Positions 34,929 to 44,884 of a DNA stretch of 57,945 nucleotides are shown one piece after another. The first letter of the stretch is position 1. The number at the start of each line of letters is the position of its first letter. The DNA is from an uncultured Elusimicrobia bacterium (GTDB lineage Bacteria; Elusimicrobiota; Elusimicrobia; UBA1565; UBA9628). Position numbers and translations under genes: made by a program. The notes under the pieces are model-generated. The model searched no databases, had not been told where the DNA came from, and was given only the letters and a program-made list of their open reading frames with translations. The stretch is taken from NCBI GenBank assembly GCA_964529095.1, contig CAZGVK010000093.1, positions 1 through 57,945 of the forward strand, in the 5' to 3' direction.

Positions 34929-35947
34929 AAGAAGTGGACCAACGCAACATTGCGATGATGTTCCGGCGCGGAGGAGGCGAGTGCTGAGGGCAGGTCCGGC
35001 CAAGGCAGGACATTGAGACCCTCAGCGGCGAACCAAGGGCGAGCCTTGTTTCTGCCGCCGCGGAAGGCGTAGGCGTAAGGGACGGTCCCTGCGGGCAAAA
35101 ATGGGAAGACCGGTATCAGGCCCGCGCGGCGCGCAAGAGCGTCGCACCGCGTCCAGAGGGCGCGGCGGCGCTCTGATTCGAGGGCGGGATCGGCGCAGAC
35201 GAGAGCTCGCCCCAACTCAACGCACGGCTCGGCAGGTTTTGGCAGGACCCGCTCAGACTCAAAGCCGGGGCCGATATTTCCGCTGGCGTCGCCGCGAAGC
35301 GCGCGCCAAGCGGTTAGGCCCGCGTGCGCGCCGACGGCGCCGGCGAGCGCCAACAACGGACGCGCCGCCGCTTTTAGCATCGGCCGGTATCCGGGATGAG
35401 CTTTAAAGGACAACTGCGCCGGCATAGAGGCGGCCAGGGCCGGGTCATTGGCGAGGAGCGCTCCGCCATTGGGCAGGGGCAGGCTCTTGCGCAGGCTCAA
35501 TATCCCGAGAGGGGCGCGTGTCCCTAAGAGGCGGCCAGTCGAGTCGCGCGAGAAGAGGCCGTGGGCCGCGTCCTCGATGACGACAGCACCGCAACGCCGG
35601 GCGTAGGCCTCAAACGGGGAAAGGTCTGCGGCGAAGCCGAAATAGTCAACGGCAAGAACGGCGCGCGCGACGGGCCAGCGGGCGCTGTCCAGATCGGCGG
35701 AGAGATCGGCGGACGTGCCGTAGAACACCGCCTCAGCGCCGACCGCGGCGACGGACGAGAGCATGTCTCGACAAATGAATGCCGGCAAGAGCACTCGCCC
35801 CCCTGCGGCCCCTGCGAGGCGCAGGGCGGAAGCGAGGGCGTTGCGCCCGTGGCCATGCAGACGCAGCGCCGCGGGGGCGAATATGTCATTGAGGTGCCAG
35901 GGCGCTCGAGCGTGAGGCGGCGCGTAGACCGTGGCGGCGAGATTCAT
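34922..35947 (-). CDS. DegT/DnrJ/EryC1-family aminotransferase-like protein
   Basis: Start at MNLAAT (ATGA overlap with the upstream gene). GRNALASALRLAG, LPAFICRDM and VIEDAAHG. The region where the PLP lysine is expected reads SLRKSLP. Confidence 0.7.
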   Translation of the reverse strand: MNLAATVYAPPHARAPWHLNDIFAPAALRLHGHGRNALASALRLAGAAGGRVLLPAFICRDMLSSVAAVGAEAVFYGTSADLSADLDSARWPVARAVLAVDYFGFAADLSPFEAYARRCGAVVIEDAAHGLFSRDSTGRLLGTRAPLGILSLRKSLPLPNGGALLANDPALAASMPAQLSFKAHPGYRPMLKAAARPLLALAGAVGAHAGLTAWRALRGDASGNIGPGFESERVLPKPAEPCVELGRALVCADPALESERRRALWTRCDALARRAGLIPVFPFLPAGTVPYAYAFRGGRNKARPWFAAEGLNVLPWPDLPSALASSAPEHHRNVALVHFLW

Positions 35948-36849
35948 TTGCTTGCCGCGCGGAGCGCCCAGAAGGCCGCAGTCGCCGCATTTTTCCAGTC
36001 CCAGGGGCATAATGCGACGGCGCGCCGCGCGTAGGCACCGCCTGTCTTGAGGTCTCCCTGCGCGATCAAGAGGCGCGCGGCGGAGCGGCACATGACGCTG
36101 AGGCGACGGCTCATGCGCCGCCGGGTGCGCGCGTCGGGATTTTTAAAATTTTGGAAGTGGTGGCGTAGAAGCCTCTCCAGGTTGGTCGAGTGATAGACGA
36201 TTTGATTGGACGCGCCGCGCTCGACAAGCTGGTACTCGCCGAGGACTTCGGTTAGAAAGCGCATGCGGCATAGAGGGGCCAAGCGCATCCAAAGGTCGTA
36301 GTCTTCGACGGTGTTGAATTCCGGATTCTCCCGAAACAGGCCGGCCTCGAGCAGTTTAGACCTCTTGACCGTCACGGCCGATGGCGACAAGGCATTTCCT
36401 TCAAAGAGAAGACGCTCATACATGTCCATGACCCATGGGCCATTGCGCGACACGCGAACGAGTTCTCCGTTCTTGACGATATTTTCATCATGGCACACGA
36501 GGTCGGCGTCGAGGTGCGCATCGAACTCGGCGATGACGCGCGCGAGTTTTTCGGGAAACCAGAGATCGTCATGGTCGAGAAAGGCGACCAGGTCGGCTTC
36601 CGCCGCGCGGATGCCGGCATTGCGCGCCCCGGCAATTTTTTTATTCTCCTGCTTAAGACAGCGGCCGCGCAGACTTCGATCTTTCAAAAAATGATCGACG
36701 ACGGCTTTTGTATCATCGGAAGACCCGTCGTCGATGACGACGATCTCAAAGTCGGTGAAAGTCTGGGCAGCGACCGTCGCCAGCGTTTTTGATATGAAAG
36801 CGGCCGCGTTCCAAGCGGGGATGATGACTGAGACGCGGGGCTTTGCCAC
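35944..36849 (-). CDS. GT2 family glycosyltransferase
   Basis: 301 aa. VSVIIPAWNAA, IVVIDDGSSDDT and FLDHDD motifs. Confidence 0.85.
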   Translation of the reverse strand: MAKPRVSVIIPAWNAAAFISKTLATVAAQTFTDFEIVVIDDGSSDDTKAVVDHFLKDRSLRGRCLKQENKKIAGARNAGIRAAEADLVAFLDHDDLWFPEKLARVIAEFDAHLDADLVCHDENIVKNGELVRVSRNGPWVMDMYERLLFEGNALSPSAVTVKRSKLLEAGLFRENPEFNTVEDYDLWMRLAPLCRMRFLTEVLGEYQLVERGASNQIVYHSTNLERLLRHHFQNFKNPDARTRRRMSRRLSVMCRSAARLLIAQGDLKTGGAYARRAVALCPWDWKNAATAAFWALRAASK

Positions 36850-37751
36850 TAGGCTCGACTGGCCTTCATCGCCAAAAGCCCTTCGCGCAGGCCGGTTGGA
36901 CTGATGCCGAGCTCCCGCTCCATGCGCGCGGTAAGGAAGGTCGTGTTCGGCGGGCGCGCGGCGAGGCCGGGGAAGGCGTCGCTTGTTGCCTCCTTAATGA
37001 GAGACTTGTCGAGGCCGAACGTTTCCGCAACCTCGAGCGCGAATTCAAATCGGTTCACCTGATCGCGACCTGCGAGGTGAATAATGCCGGAGGGACGCTT
37101 GGCGATCGCGGCCCACAGCGCCTGGCCGCAGGAAATATTGTAAAGCGGGTTCTCCCGTATGTCGGTGACAAGCGATACCGCTTTGCCCTGCCGGAGATGA
37201 TCGTATATCCAGGTCGCCGGATTTTGCCGCGTGGCCTCATGGTTCCAGCCGTACATCAAAATCGGGCGCACGATCAGCCAATGCTTGAGAGTCTCTTGGA
37301 CGAGGCGCTCACATTCAACTTTCAAGCGCCCATATTGATTGACCGGATTGACGGGATCCTCCTCGCTGTAGGGTGCCTTCTTCCCATCGAAGACGGCATT
37401 GGTTGAAATATAGATCAGGTAAGAGTCGGTGCGCCGCGCCGCGGAGGTTATATTGAGAGTTCCGACGATGTTGGACTCCAGGCTCTCCGCGTAGTGCTTC
37501 TCGACATAGTCAACGCTGGCGATGCCGGCCGCGTGCACCACGGCATCAAAGCGCTTTTTTGCAAATAGACGGTCGACGGCGCGCTTGTCGCGGATATCAA
37601 GCGTGAGGTGCCGCGCTTTGGCGCCTATGATCTTGTAGTCGCGCTGATGGAGGCTGACGATATTCCAATCCAAGGGCAAGGTTTCTTCCATAGCCTTGCC
37701 GAGAAGCCCGGTGCCTCCGGTGATGATGACGGTCTTCTGTCCCATCGTCAA
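36849..37751 (-). CDS. NAD(P)-dependent sugar reductase/epimerase (RmlD-like)
   Basis: 300 aa. ITGGTGLLG Rossmann and a YGRLK (YxxxK) catalytic motif. Confidence 0.8.
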   Translation of the reverse strand: MTMGQKTVIITGGTGLLGKAMEETLPLDWNIVSLHQRDYKIIGAKARHLTLDIRDKRAVDRLFAKKRFDAVVHAAGIASVDYVEKHYAESLESNIVGTLNITSAARRTDSYLIYISTNAVFDGKKAPYSEEDPVNPVNQYGRLKVECERLVQETLKHWLIVRPILMYGWNHEATRQNPATWIYDHLRQGKAVSLVTDIRENPLYNISCGQALWAAIAKRPSGIIHLAGRDQVNRFEFALEVAETFGLDKSLIKEATSDAFPGLAARPPNTTFLTARMERELGISPTGLREGLLAMKASRA

Positions 37752-38749
37752 ACGTTATAACGCCCTGGTTTATAGTCCGTGAGATGGTTCCGGACATAGG
37801 CGGCAAGCTGTTCCAAGCCCTTCTCGAGCGTCCAGCGCGGTCGCCAGCCGAGCTCGCGCACAGCCTTGCGGTTGTCGCAGAGAAGGCGCATGACCTCGCT
37901 CTTGACGGGACGCACGCGTCGGTGGTCGGTTTTAAGCGGGATATTTTTTCCAGTGATCTTCATCAGCAGGCGCGCGGCGGCGCCGATGGTGACGCCCTGC
38001 CCTGAGCCCAGGTTGAAATCCGCGCCGACGGACTTTCGCGAGCGCGCGACCGCGATGAAGCCCGACACCGTATCCGCGATATAATTAAAATCCCGCACCG
38101 GCGCCATTGAGCCGATTTTGAGCGTGTTGGTGCCGGACAGCAACTGCGCTGCGATCGCGGGCAGGACCGCGCGTGCCGACTGGCGCGGTCCGTAGGTGTT
38201 GAAGGGGCGCGCGATTGCAACCGGCAGGCCAAAGGAGCGGTGAAAGCTCTCGGCGAGCGCGTCAGCGCCGATCTTTGTGGCGGAGTAGGGCGATTGCCCT
38301 TGGCGCGGATGCTTCTCATCAATCGGAGTGTAGAGCGCGGTGCCGAAAACCTCGGAAGTCGAGGTGTGCACGATCTTGGAAGTTTTGGCGCGCAGACAGG
38401 CTTCCAGGATATTGAGCGTGCCGTGCATGTTGGTCTCGACGTATTGGGCGGGGGCCTCGTAGGAGTAGGGGATCGCAATCAGCGCTCCGAGGTGAAAGAC
38501 GACATCCTGTCCGGCGACGAACTCGCGCACGAAGAAGGGATCCGCGAGGTCGCCGGCGCGAACCGTTATGCGCCGCATCAGTTGGGCGGGAGCGTTATCA
38601 AGAAAGCCCCAGCGTGAAGCCGAATTGTAGCGCACCATCGCGCGGACCTTCGCTCCGCGCCGCGCCAACTCCTCAGCCAGATGGCTGCCGATAAAGCCCC
38701 CGGCGCCGGTCACGGCGACAGACATGCCGCGCCAAAATGAGTCCGTCAC
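37748..38749 (-). CDS. NAD-dependent sugar epimerase/4,6-dehydratase family protein
   Basis: 333 aa. VTGAGGFIGSHL, TSTSEVFG and YSATK motifs. First gene of the operon. Confidence 0.85.
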   Translation of the reverse strand: MTDSFWRGMSVAVTGAGGFIGSHLAEELARRGAKVRAMVRYNSASRWGFLDNAPAQLMRRITVRAGDLADPFFVREFVAGQDVVFHLGALIAIPYSYEAPAQYVETNMHGTLNILEACLRAKTSKIVHTSTSEVFGTALYTPIDEKHPRQGQSPYSATKIGADALAESFHRSFGLPVAIARPFNTYGPRQSARAVLPAIAAQLLSGTNTLKIGSMAPVRDFNYIADTVSGFIAVARSRKSVGADFNLGSGQGVTIGAAARLLMKITGKNIPLKTDHRRVRPVKSEVMRLLCDNRKAVRELGWRPRWTLEKGLEQLAAYVRNHLTDYKPGRYNV

Positions 38750-38885
38750 CCAAGCCTCCTCACGGCTTTAATCGTCCGCATCAAATCACTCGTTATTATC
38801 TTAGCTTACAAAAGTATTGCCTGGCGGATAACAAAGTGCTAAAACTTTACCGCGACAGCCTTCCAGCGGCGTCCAAGGAGATATT

Positions 38886-39731
38886 ATGAATAAACTAGCG
38901 CTCATCCTTCTTCTTTCCGGCACGGCCCACGCGGTCCAGCCGTTGACTTTGGCGACCATTAATGGAACCGCGATTAAGCGTGCGGAGGCGATGAACCGCG
39001 CTTGGCGGCAATACGGTCCGCAGATCATCAATGAGATGACCGGGGAGATACTCATTCGCCAGGCCGCCGCGGAAGCCAAGATTTCGCCGGACACCGCGGC
39101 AGTCGATGCTCGCCTCAAGAGCGTCCGCGATCAGTTTCCGGATGAGAAGACGTTTAAGGAGCGCCTGAAGGTTTCCGGCATCAACCAGGCTGAGTTGCGC
39201 CGCTCCATCGAGGACCAGATCTTGCGCGAGACCATGACGATCAAGTCTAAGAACATCACCGTCACTGAGGATGAGCTCAAGACTTTGTTCGCGGCCAATA
39301 AGGAGCGCTTGGGCGTTCCCGAGGCGGTCCGCCTGCGGTATCTGGCGGTGACAAGCGAGAAAGAGGCGGCGGACTTTGTCGTCGCCGTCAAGGCCGGCGC
39401 TGATTTTTCAAAACTCGCCTCTCAGGTGTCGATTGACAACACGAGCAAGACGCAGGGAGGCGAAATCGGCTTCGTGCCTCGCGGGCAGCTCACCGCCGCC
39501 ATCGAGGCCGTCGTCTTCGCGCTCAAGCCTGGCGAGGTGAGCGCTCCGGTGAAAGCTCCCTTCGGCTGGCAGGTGTTCAAGGTGGAGGAGCGCCGTCCGT
39601 CCAAGGAGGCGGTCTATGAAGAGGTCCGCAGTGCGCTCGGTCAGCAGGCCCTTGTCGACAAGGTAGCCAAGGCGTCGCCGGTCTATCTGCAGGAACTGCG
39701 CGCCAAAGCCAAGATCGTTCCGGGGAAGTAG
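38886..39731 (+). CDS. Parvulin-type peptidyl-prolyl isomerase (SurA/PrsA-like), secreted
   Basis: 281 aa with a signal peptide. The parvulin core is [12 protein letters not shown]...[12 protein letters not shown]. Confidence 0.8.
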   Translation: MNKLALILLLSGTAHAVQPLTLATINGTAIKRAEAMNRAWRQYGPQIINEMTGEILIRQAAAEAKISPDTAAVDARLKSVRDQFPDEKTFKERLKVSGINQAELRRSIEDQILRETMTIKSKNITVTEDELKTLFAANKERLGVPEAVRLRYLAVTSEKEAADFVVAVKAGADFSKLASQVSIDNTSKTQGGEIGFVPRGQLTAAIEAVVFALKPGEVSAPVKAPFGWQVFKVEERRPSKEAVYEEVRSALGQQALVDKVAKASPVYLQELRAKAKIVPGK

Positions 39732-39769
39732 ACCGCGTCCGGCTCTGCGGACGCCACTTGATCGGTACT

Positions 39770-41161
39770 ATGCGCATCGAGAAGGACTCGATGGGGGATG
39801 TTCCCGTCGCAGTCGACCGCTACTGGGGCGCGCAGACCGAGAGATCTTTGCGCCATTTTCAAGCTTGTGCCGGCCGCGACACGTTGACGCGTGAGATGAT
39901 CCGCGCGTTGGGCCTGCTGAAGAAAGCGGCGGCGCTTGCCAACGCCGATCTGGGCCTCCTGTCTCGGGATAAAGAGAAGCTGATCGCCGCCGCCGCTGAG
40001 GAGGTGATCGTCGGTGCTCTTGACGGGCACTTTCCCCTCGTCGTTTGGCAGACGGGTTCGGGCACGCAGTCGAACATGAATGCCAATGAGGTGATTGCCA
40101 ACCGGGCCATCGAGCTGGCTTCCGGCGTCATGGGCTCGAAGAATCCAATCCACCCTAACGACGATGTGAATAAATCGCAGTCGTCCAATGATGCCTTCCC
40201 CACGGCGATGCATATCGCCGCTGTCGAGACTTTGGTGCAGGAACTGATCCCCGCCGTGAAGGGTCTGAGCGATGTTCTGAAAAATAAAGCCGTTAAATTC
40301 GACAAGATCGTCAAGATCGGCCGCACGCACCTCATGGATGCGGTTCCGCTGACCCTCGGCCAGGAGATCGGCGGCTGGGCCGCGATGCTCGACGCGGATA
40401 TTTCACGCATCAACGCCGTTTTGCCCGGACTTTGCGAGCTTGCCCTGGGAGGCACAGCGGTGGGCACCGGACTCAATACCCACCCGGATTTCGACAAAAT
40501 AGCAGTACGGCATATTGCCAGACTGACGAACCTCCCATTTCTTCCCGCTCCGAATAAATTTGAAGCCCTCGCGGGACATGACGCGCTCGTCTTCGCGCAC
40601 GGCGCGCTCAAAACTCTCGCCTGCTCGATGAATAAGATCGCCAACGACGTCCGCTGGCTCGCCTCGGGTCCGCGCGCGGGGCTGGGAGAGTTGCGCATCC
40701 CGGAAAACGAACCAGGCTCTTCGATCATGCCCGGCAAGGTGAACCCTACGCAAAGCGAGGCGGTCACGATGATCTGCGCCCAGGTGCTCGGCAACGACGC
40801 CGCGATTAATATCGGCGGCGCCTCGGGGAACTTCGAGCTTAACGTCTTCAAGCCGATGATTATCCACAATTTCCTGCATTCGGCAAAACTCCTGGCGGCC
40901 GGCATCCGCGGCTTTACCGCGCACTGCGCTTCCGGCATTGAGGCCGATGAGAAGCGCATTGACGAGCTCATGCGCCGCAGCCTGATGCTTGTCACGGCGC
41001 TCAATGTTCATATCGGCTATGACGCCGCGGCGAAAATCGCCAAGGCCGCGCATTCCGAAGGCTTGACGCTTAGGGAGGCGGCTCTCAAGCTCAAACTCAT
41101 CACCGACCAGCAGTTCACCGACTGGATCAAGCCTGAAGAAATGACTCGTCCGGGGCTTTAG
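39770..41161 (+). CDS. fumC: Class II fumarate hydratase
   Basis: Start at MRIEKDSMG (the track ORF begins 12 nt earlier at a TTG). Contains the [16 protein letters not shown] signature. Confidence 0.95.
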   Translation: MRIEKDSMGDVPVAVDRYWGAQTERSLRHFQACAGRDTLTREMIRALGLLKKAAALANADLGLLSRDKEKLIAAAAEEVIVGALDGHFPLVVWQTGSGTQSNMNANEVIANRAIELASGVMGSKNPIHPNDDVNKSQSSNDAFPTAMHIAAVETLVQELIPAVKGLSDVLKNKAVKFDKIVKIGRTHLMDAVPLTLGQEIGGWAAMLDADISRINAVLPGLCELALGGTAVGTGLNTHPDFDKIAVRHIARLTNLPFLPAPNKFEALAGHDALVFAHGALKTLACSMNKIANDVRWLASGPRAGLGELRIPENEPGSSIMPGKVNPTQSEAVTMICAQVLGNDAAINIGGASGNFELNVFKPMIIHNFLHSAKLLAAGIRGFTAHCASGIEADEKRIDELMRRSLMLVTALNVHIGYDAAAKIAKAAHSEGLTLREAALKLKLITDQQFTDWIKPEEMTRPGL

Positions 41162-41172
41162 GGTTGGCGCAA
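41162..41172 (+). repeat. Head-only copy of the GGTTGGCGCAA motif
   Basis: It directly follows the fumC TAG and lies 17 nt before the histidine kinase ATG. Confidence 0.5.
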
Positions 41173-41188
41173 TAATATTCTCCATCCC

Positions 41189-41851
41189 ATGGACAAGGGA
41201 CAACAGGAAGTTCTGCGCCGAGCTGCGTCCATCATTGCTCACGACCTGCGAAATCCTCTTGCGGTGATCAATAATTCGTCCTACTTTGTGCGCGCCAAAC
41301 TCGGCGGCAGGGGCCTCGACCCGAAGGTTGAGAAGCACCTCAAGATCATTGAGAGCGAGATCGCGCGCGCCGACAAGATGCTGACCAATCTGTTGACCTT
41401 CTGCCGCCCATACGAGCCCGCCGCCGAGACTCTGTCTCTTGATGGCGTCATCCGTGACGCGGTTGCAAGCTTTCCCAAGCCCATCGGCGGCAAGATTGAC
41501 CTCAAGATCGGGACCCATGGATCGACCTCGAAGTTTGACGGCAAGGCGATCGGCGACGCGCTCCAATGCCTTCTCGACAATGCGTTCGCGGCGCAGGAAG
41601 AGAAGGGAACCGTGAAAGTCGCCACCGCGATCGGCAAAAATTGCCTCACCATCTCCGTCAGCGATGGCGGCCAAGGTGTCGATGCGAAAATAGAAAGCGT
41701 CATGTACGAGGCTTTCGTGACCACAAAACCCAAGGGCATGGGGTTGGGTCTGGCGCTGGCGCGCAAGTACCTGGAAGGCAACGGCGGCACGGTGACGCAT
41801 GAAGCCGGACGCAATGGCGCAACCTTCAGGCTCACCTTGCCGAAGGCCTGA
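41189..41851 (+). CDS. Minimal histidine kinase (DHp and catalytic ATPase domains only)
   Basis: 220 aa. H-box IIAHDLRNPL, N-box LDNAF, and G-box GMGLGLA. There is no sensor or TM region. Confidence 0.8.
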   Translation: MDKGQQEVLRRAASIIAHDLRNPLAVINNSSYFVRAKLGGRGLDPKVEKHLKIIESEIARADKMLTNLLTFCRPYEPAAETLSLDGVIRDAVASFPKPIGGKIDLKIGTHGSTSKFDGKAIGDALQCLLDNAFAAQEEKGTVKVATAIGKNCLTISVSDGGQGVDAKIESVMYEAFVTTKPKGMGLGLALARKYLEGNGGTVTHEAGRNGATFRLTLPKA

Positions 41852-41868
41852 TGATTTCCCGTTGATCG

Positions 41869-42888
41869 ATGAATAAATTCCCGGAGATTTTAAAGCTCGT
41901 TCTCGCCGGCCGCATGCTCAATCGCGTCCAGGCGCGCGGCGCCATGAATGCGCTCATCGATGGCGAGGTCACCGACGCGCAGGCGGGGGCTTTTCTCGCG
42001 GCTCTGCGCATGCGCGGCGAGACCGTCTCCGAACTCGTCGGATTTTCCGCGGCGCTGCGCGCGCGCGCCGTGAGAGTCTCACCTTCGCGCCAACCGTTGC
42101 TTGACACCTGCGGCACAGGTGGCGACGGGGCCGGCACTTTCAATATTTCAACAACCGTTGCCTTCATCGCGGCCGGCGCCGGGGCGGCGGTCGCCAAGCA
42201 CGGAAACCGCGCGGTCTCAAGCCGATCCGGTTCCGCCGACGTTTTGGAAGCCTTGGGAGTTAAGGTGGCGGTTTCTCCAAAACTGGCGGCCAAGTGCGTG
42301 GATGAAGCCGGCGTCGGTTTTCTCTTCGCCCCATGCTATCATCCGGGAGTCGCGCGGGTCGCTTCGGTGCGCCGCCAACTTGGCGTGCGCACGGCGTTCA
42401 ACCTGCTTGGCCCGCTCGCCAATCCCGCGCGGGCGAAGCGGCAATTGCTGGGCGTGTACTCGACCTCTTTAGTGCGTCCGCTCGCAGAGACGCTGAAGGC
42501 GCTGGGAAGCGTTGAGGCCATGGTCGTCGCCTCGCGGGACGGCCTTGATGAAATAGCCCTCTCGGCGGCAACGGTCATCGCGCGTCTTCGCGGGGGGCGC
42601 ATCACGGTTTCCGAAATAACTCCGCGCGCGCTCGGCCTGCGCGGGCGCCCGTTGAAGGCGCTCTCCGGCGGCAGCGCGAAGGAAAATGCGCTCATCACCC
42701 GCTCGGTGCTCAACGGCGTCAAGGGCGCTCCGCGCGAAGTGTGCCTGCTCAATGCCGCCGCCGCCCTCATGGTCGCGGGCCTGGCGGAGAATTGGAAGGA
42801 GGGCTTGGCGCTTGCCGCGGCCTCCATCGACTCCGGCCGCGCGGCCGCAGCGCTTGCTCGACTCGCACAGCTTACCTGCCGTGGCTGA
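41869..42888 (+). CDS. trpD: Anthranilate phosphoribosyltransferase
   Basis: 339 aa. DTCGTGGDG and KHGNRAVSS motifs. Confidence 0.9.
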   Translation: MNKFPEILKLVLAGRMLNRVQARGAMNALIDGEVTDAQAGAFLAALRMRGETVSELVGFSAALRARAVRVSPSRQPLLDTCGTGGDGAGTFNISTTVAFIAAGAGAAVAKHGNRAVSSRSGSADVLEALGVKVAVSPKLAAKCVDEAGVGFLFAPCYHPGVARVASVRRQLGVRTAFNLLGPLANPARAKRQLLGVYSTSLVRPLAETLKALGSVEAMVVASRDGLDEIALSAATVIARLRGGRITVSEITPRALGLRGRPLKALSGGSAKENALITRSVLNGVKGAPREVCLLNAAAALMVAGLAENWKEGLALAAASIDSGRAAAALARLAQLTCRG

Positions 42889-43675
42889 TCTCGGGGTCTT
42901 AGGCGCTATCGCCGCGCGTGCGATCGAGAGAATCGCCCGCGAAAAGACCCGGCGCTCCGTGGAGTCGTTGCGCGCTGAGCCGCTGTATGGACGCTCGCCG
43001 ATGTCGTTAGCCAAAGCGTTGTCATTTCCAGGTCCGCGCGTGATCGCGGAGGTTAAATTCACATCGCCATCCGAGGGGGTTTTGCGCCCCAATCCATCCT
43101 CAAGCGAGGCTTCTGAAATAGCGGCTTCTTATGTTTCCGCGGGAGCGGCCGCGATCTCAATCATAACGGAACCGGAATTCTTCGCCGGCGACGCGGCATT
43201 TCTCGCCGCCGCCCGCCGGAAGTGTTCGAACGTTCCTTTGTTGATGAAGGATTTTTTTGTGGATGAATATCAATTTGAAATAGCCCGTTCCGTCGGCGCG
43301 GACGCCATCCTCTTGATCGCGGCGCTCTTGGGCCCGAGACTTTCCGAGATGCATCAGTCCGCCCGGTTTTTGGGCCTTTCCGTATTGGTGGAAGTTCATG
43401 ACGAAAAAGAGGCGTTAGCGGCGATAGCGGCGGGGGCGGATATTATCGGCGTCAACAGCCGCGACCTGAGGACTCTTCGCGTCGATTTGTCCACCGCCCG
43501 TCGCTTGGCGCCGCTTGTCTGCCGCTCCGGAATCACCGCCGTGGCGGAAAGCGGCCTCAATTCCCGCGCCGATATCGATTCCTTGTTCTCTTTGGGCTAC
43601 AGTGGATTTTTGATCGGCTCTTCATTGATGAGGACGCCCGAACCCGGCGCCGCCCTGAAGATGCTCCTCGTTTAG
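42881..43675 (+). CDS. trpC: Indole-3-glycerol-phosphate synthase
   Basis: The track ORF is long only because its frame stays open inside trpD. I place the start at GTG 42881, overlapping the trpD end. Motifs are VIAEVKFTSPS, LLMKDFFVDEYQ and IGVNSRDL. Confidence 0.85.
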   Translation: MADLGVLGAIAARAIERIAREKTRRSVESLRAEPLYGRSPMSLAKALSFPGPRVIAEVKFTSPSEGVLRPNPSSSEASEIAASYVSAGAAAISIITEPEFFAGDAAFLAAARRKCSNVPLLMKDFFVDEYQFEIARSVGADAILLIAALLGPRLSEMHQSARFLGLSVLVEVHDEKEALAAIAAGADIIGVNSRDLRTLRVDLSTARRLAPLVCRSGITAVAESGLNSRADIDSLFSLGYSGFLIGSSLMRTPEPGAALKMLLV

Positions 43676-43785
43676 AGTTGGCGCAAGAACAGATCATGCA
43701 CCGCGCAGGACCGATGAGCATTCATGAGCGCGGCCTCAAGTGCTGGTGTACATGTGTACACTTGCGGAAGGACACAGTGAGTTGT
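43676..43785 (+). repeat. Intergenic repeat element, diverged copy C
   Basis: Starts right after the trpC TAG with AGTTGGCGCAAGAACA. It shares CCGATG.GC.TTCA and GGAAGG.ACAC blocks in the same order as copies A and B. It is directly followed by copy B, so the two are in tandem. Confidence 0.5.
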
Positions 43786-43891
43786 GGTTGGCGCAAAAAC
43801 AACCATCTGTTTTTGCATGCCGATGCTTCACTCTAACCGCGTTGCCCGATCCCTGTCTTTAGGATTTGGAAGGGGCACTTCTGACTGCGCC
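43786..43891 (+). repeat. Intergenic repeat element, copy B
   Basis: Aligns with 190..294 (minus strand) from GGTTGGCGCAAAA through GGAAGGGGCACTTCTGAC.GCGCC. It contains the hairpin GCAAAAACA-ACCATC-TGTTTTTGC. Confidence 0.7.
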
Positions 43892-43924
43892 CTGTTAGAG
43901 CATCGCCTCGCCATCGAAAAATCA

Positions 43925-44515
43925 TCAGTTCAGCGTCAGCGCCGCGGCCAGCAATTCTGCCGATTTGAGGGAGGCTGACAATCCGCAGCTGCGGCGTTGC
44001 TCTTTAATGCGCTCCCGCATTTTGGCGACATCATTCGTGCTCGCGAGCATATCCTTCTCCGCTTTGGTGAGATCCTTCACCTCATCAAAAAAACGTTCTT
44101 CCTGCCACGAAGAGATGAATCTCTGGTAAGTCTTATCATACGCGAGACCCAGAACAAACCTGGTGCAGCCATAACCGCCAACCATGCAGTGGATCTTTTG
44201 GAACAACTTCAGTATCTGCTGATCGGTGAGCTTGGCCGGATCTTTTAAGAGCGGGAAACCTGCCTGGATCTGGAGAGCGGCTTCATCTCTCATGGCCGAC
44301 GTGCCCCTCTTGACCTGTTCGCGCGCGTCGTCTAGAGTTTCTTTCTGAAAGCCCTCGGATTCTTCAAGGTTCAACAACTGGCTCCTTAAGCTCTTCAGCA
44401 GGTCGCGGCATTCCAAAGACATTTTCCAGTTCTCATCTTCACCCGCCCGCGCAACGACAGAAGCGCCCGCGCTTAAATAGAGACCGACAACCGCCAACAC
44501 CGTCAGGTAGCGCAT
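43925..44515 (-). CDS. Hypothetical secreted protein
   Basis: Start set at MRYLTVLAVVGLYLSAGASVVARA (signal peptide). No domain recognised. Confidence 0.5.
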   Translation of the reverse strand: MRYLTVLAVVGLYLSAGASVVARAGEDENWKMSLECRDLLKSLRSQLLNLEESEGFQKETLDDAREQVKRGTSAMRDEAALQIQAGFPLLKDPAKLTDQQILKLFQKIHCMVGGYGCTRFVLGLAYDKTYQRFISSWQEERFFDEVKDLTKAEKDMLASTNDVAKMRERIKEQRRSCGLSASLKSAELLAAALTLN

Positions 44516-44884
44516 GATTTTTTCTCCAGTCTTCAACGACTTCATTATTTTAATAGATTTCGGATTCCGCGCATCTGGGTCCAATGGGGCACGGAACGTC
44601 AGCCAATGGACCTGCTTGTTTTTGGGTCTTTGGGCCCTGGAGGAGAACGTCGCGCTGAGAATAATCATTTCACGCGAACGCTGTGGAACTTTTTCAAGAG
44701 GTCAATCGTCTATTGAGTGAGGGCGCAGGCTGCCCGAGGAGGATGAACCATGAAAAACGAGGAGACAGGCAGGGAAACGCGACGACTACTGGCGCGGCTC
44801 AGAAGACGGGAGGAGGCAGAAGCGACAGATGAGGCGCGCGATGAGGCGCAGATGGCGCTGCTGGCGCGGCATTTAGCGCGCGCC

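Noticed and set aside
41162-41180. The GGTTGGCGCAA motif as a sigma54 promoter (TGGC...) or as part of a ZTP-type riboswitch (CUGGCG).
   Set aside because: The GC of a -12 element is not at the required spacing in any of the four copies. The second ZTP sub-domain (CCGCCUGGGC) is absent.
40403-41800. A 465-aa minus-strand ORF spanning the end of fumC and the histidine kinase. Other long antisense ORFs are similar: 39859..41004, 4477..5595, 19805..20548, 20916..21551 and 42469..43092.
   Set aside because: They lie antisense to, or out of frame with, genes that carry unmistakable family signatures. Their translations are Arg/Ala/Ser/Gly-rich and low in complexity. Such open frames are expected by chance in high-GC DNA.
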